From positions 8,331-72,330 of the forward strand of contig JAYTOA010000182.1 in the NCBI GenBank assembly GCA_043748015.1: 64,000 nucleotides of DNA, given 5' to 3'. The notes below the pieces were generated by a model. The model was not told the origin of the DNA, searched no databases, and worked only from the letters and a program-made list of their open reading frames with translations. Shown piece by piece: positions 62,430 to 64,000 of the stretch. The position numbers and the translations under genes were made by a program. How positions within the stretch are numbered: the first letter of the stretch is position 1; every line of letters starts with the position of its first letter. Source of the DNA: Flavobacteriales bacterium (GTDB lineage: Bacteria > Bacteroidota > Bacteroidia > Flavobacteriales_D > Sanyastnellaceae).

Positions 62430-63560
62430 TTAATGTATTCCCAATTTCGAGCGGATTTCTTTTGGAACAGCATCTTTGTGAACCATGATACCTATCGTCT
62501 TCATTTGAAAATAATTCTTCGACACGTATTGATATCCACCATAAGGATTATCGGGTCCCCAGGAATTCTTTGTCAAATAATAAATGGTTCCATTTTGATC
62601 TTTTGCCTTACCTGTCATGTGCATGAGATGGTCATCCGTCGTCTTTAAATGATCAAACTCCTCCTGACGATTTTGTTGAGTAACTATTTTCTCAGGCACC
62701 ACTACGGTGTGAAGATCATCTTTCGTCACTTTATCATCAGGTAAAACTCCGATGCCGGAACGAAACAAAAATCCCTTTTCGCTTACATCGGCGTCCCATG
62801 CCACAGTGAAACCATTGTCAATAGCATTGTCCATCACTTTTTGAAATTCATCCAAAGGCAAATTATAGTATGATCCCTTTCCCCAATTGTCGGGAACTTC
62901 TAGCACAAACGATTTGTAAAACGGATGATGGGTAAATGAAGTAAGCGTCACATAATCTGAAGCTTTCAATTTCATCGCATCTCGAAAAGATGCGGGCGTA
63001 AACTTCTTTCCCTCATACATGAAAGTCTCGGGCGTTTCCCCAATGTTGATGTTCAATATCTTTTCAACGGTCGACTTCCACTCCATTGAACCATCATTCG
63101 ATTTCTTTTCCAGAATCTCCTTCATCAATTGCTCGAGTGAAGTGTCCATTGAGGAATGATTGTACTCCTTTTTTCCTTCAGGAAGCCCTACGAAAGCGCT
63201 TTCCGGCACGATGCCAAATTCATCCATTACGGCAATTACATCGTGACTCAAACCTCCGGCGCTGAACTGCTGTTTCCCTTGATATCTGAGATATGAATCC
63301 GCTTTCTTCATATAAGTGATTCTCACGTTGTACATCTCCGACAAATCAACAGGCTTATTGCCTAAGCGCAAAATTTCTGATTCAAGAAACGACATCGTAG
63401 CGAAACTCCAGCATGTACCTGTAGCGCATTGATTTTCCACCTGACCGGCCGCGTTCTCCTTAATCTTAGTGAATTGATAGGGCGAATTAGACTTCTCAAC
63501 GGGCTGCGCCATCACATTGAGTACACAGAAACTGAGTACTAAAAGGCAAATTTTCTTCAT
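62430..63560 (-). CDS. C1 (papain/aminopeptidase C-like) cysteine peptidase
   Basis: The ORF is trimmed to MKKICLLVLSFCVLNVMAQ. It has the active-site QCATGTCWSFA, a later HLMHMTG (His) and NSWG. Confidence 0.85.
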   Translation of the reverse strand: MKKICLLVLSFCVLNVMAQPVEKSNSPYQFTKIKENAAGQVENQCATGTCWSFATMSFLESEILRLGNKPVDLSEMYNVRITYMKKADSYLRYQGKQQFSAGGLSHDVIAVMDEFGIVPESAFVGLPEGKKEYNHSSMDTSLEQLMKEILEKKSNDGSMEWKSTVEKILNINIGETPETFMYEGKKFTPASFRDAMKLKASDYVTLTSFTHHPFYKSFVLEVPDNWGKGSYYNLPLDEFQKVMDNAIDNGFTVAWDADVSEKGFLFRSGIGVLPDDKVTKDDLHTVVVPEKIVTQQNRQEEFDHLKTTDDHLMHMTGKAKDQNGTIYYLTKNSWGPDNPYGGYQYVSKNYFQMKTIGIMVHKDAVPKEIRSKLGIH

Positions 63561-63704
63561 TTTTTTTCTTTTGAAATATTCCGAATGCAATGATAACTCC
63601 ATCTGTCTTTCGTTTCAACCCTCATTTGTTCAAAGGACATGAGAATATCTGAACGGTATTGATCGCGTCCGATGCATTTTTGAGCAATACTTTATTTGGT
63701 TTCT

Positions 63705-64000
63705 ATGAAAAAAACTATAGCAGTCGTGTGCGGAGGATATAGCGGCGAATCGGCGGTCAGCTTTAAGAGCGCCGCCATGATCATGAACAATATTGATCGC
63801 GCGAAATTTGAACCTTATAAAGTAATTGTAACCAAAGAACGCTGGTTTGCTGAAATTGATGGAAAGGAGATTGACATTAACAGACATGATTTCAGTATTC
63901 CATTAATAACTGGTGCGATTATTTTCGATGGCGTCTTCATGATTATTCATGGAACACCGGGTGAAAACGGAATCATGCAAGGCTATTTCGAATTGCTGGG
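63705..64000 (+). CDS. ddl: D-alanine--D-alanine ligase, N-terminal part (runs off the window)
   Basis: It is absent from the ORF track because it is open-ended. My translation is MKKTIAVVCGGYSGESAVSFKSA...FMIIHGTPGENGIMQGYFELL. Confidence 0.85.
   Translation, partial: MKKTIAVVCGGYSGESAVSFKSAAMIMNNIDRAKFEPYKVIVTKERWFAEIDGKEIDINRHDFSIPLITGAIIFDGVFMIIHGTPGENGIMQGYFELL

Noticed and set aside
1-64000. A scan for CRISPR arrays, IS elements or transposases, integrases, toxin-antitoxin pairs, restriction-modification genes and rRNA genes.
   Set aside because: I saw none. The only repeats longer than about 25 nt are those in the tRNA-Leu/GIY-YIG locus.

Overview
This 64-kb window is a chromosomal segment from a Bacteroidota genome. 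The assignment rests on gliding and type IX secretion (T9SS) genes (gldD-gldE, a PorX-type regulator), proteins with type A and type B T9SS C-terminal sorting domains, and TAnnTTTG -7 promoter boxes. I call about 60 protein genes, nearly all ordinary housekeeping. They include hutH, pcm, an SF1 helicase, DAHP synthase/chorismate mutase, psd-cdsA, ftsH-rsfS, birA, ssb, mutY, HU, RNase G/E, surE-lpxB, mtgA and ddl. There is also a MarR-controlled beta-oxidation operon and scattered paa-type genes. Two genes are absent from the ORF track: an M16 peptidase open at the left edge, and a 31-aa Lys/Arg-rich bS22-like peptide. I found four intact tRNAs: Lys-TTT, Leu-GAG, Leu-CAG and a CAT-anticodon tRNA. 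I saw no CRISPR array, IS element, integrase or recognisable defence island. The one clearly rearranged locus lies at 13.3-14.1 kb, next to the tRNA-Lys/Leu cluster. There, an intact tRNA-Leu(CAG) is surrounded by three incomplete Leu-type tRNA-like copies that share a perfect 19-nt palindrome where the anticodon arm should be. An 86-aa GIY-YIG nuclease ORF sits between two nearly identical 106/107-bp direct repeats, each made of a 5'-truncated tRNA body plus its terminator. This tRNA-fragment/GIY-YIG mini-cassette is the best candidate for something undescribed. Lesser points are an identical 15-nt promoter element on two tRNA genes, an atypical T-loop in the CAT tRNA, a frameshifted orphan T9SS sorting-domain relic, and a candidate MarR operator palindrome. 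All calls come from reading the sequence and translations by eye; no searches were run.
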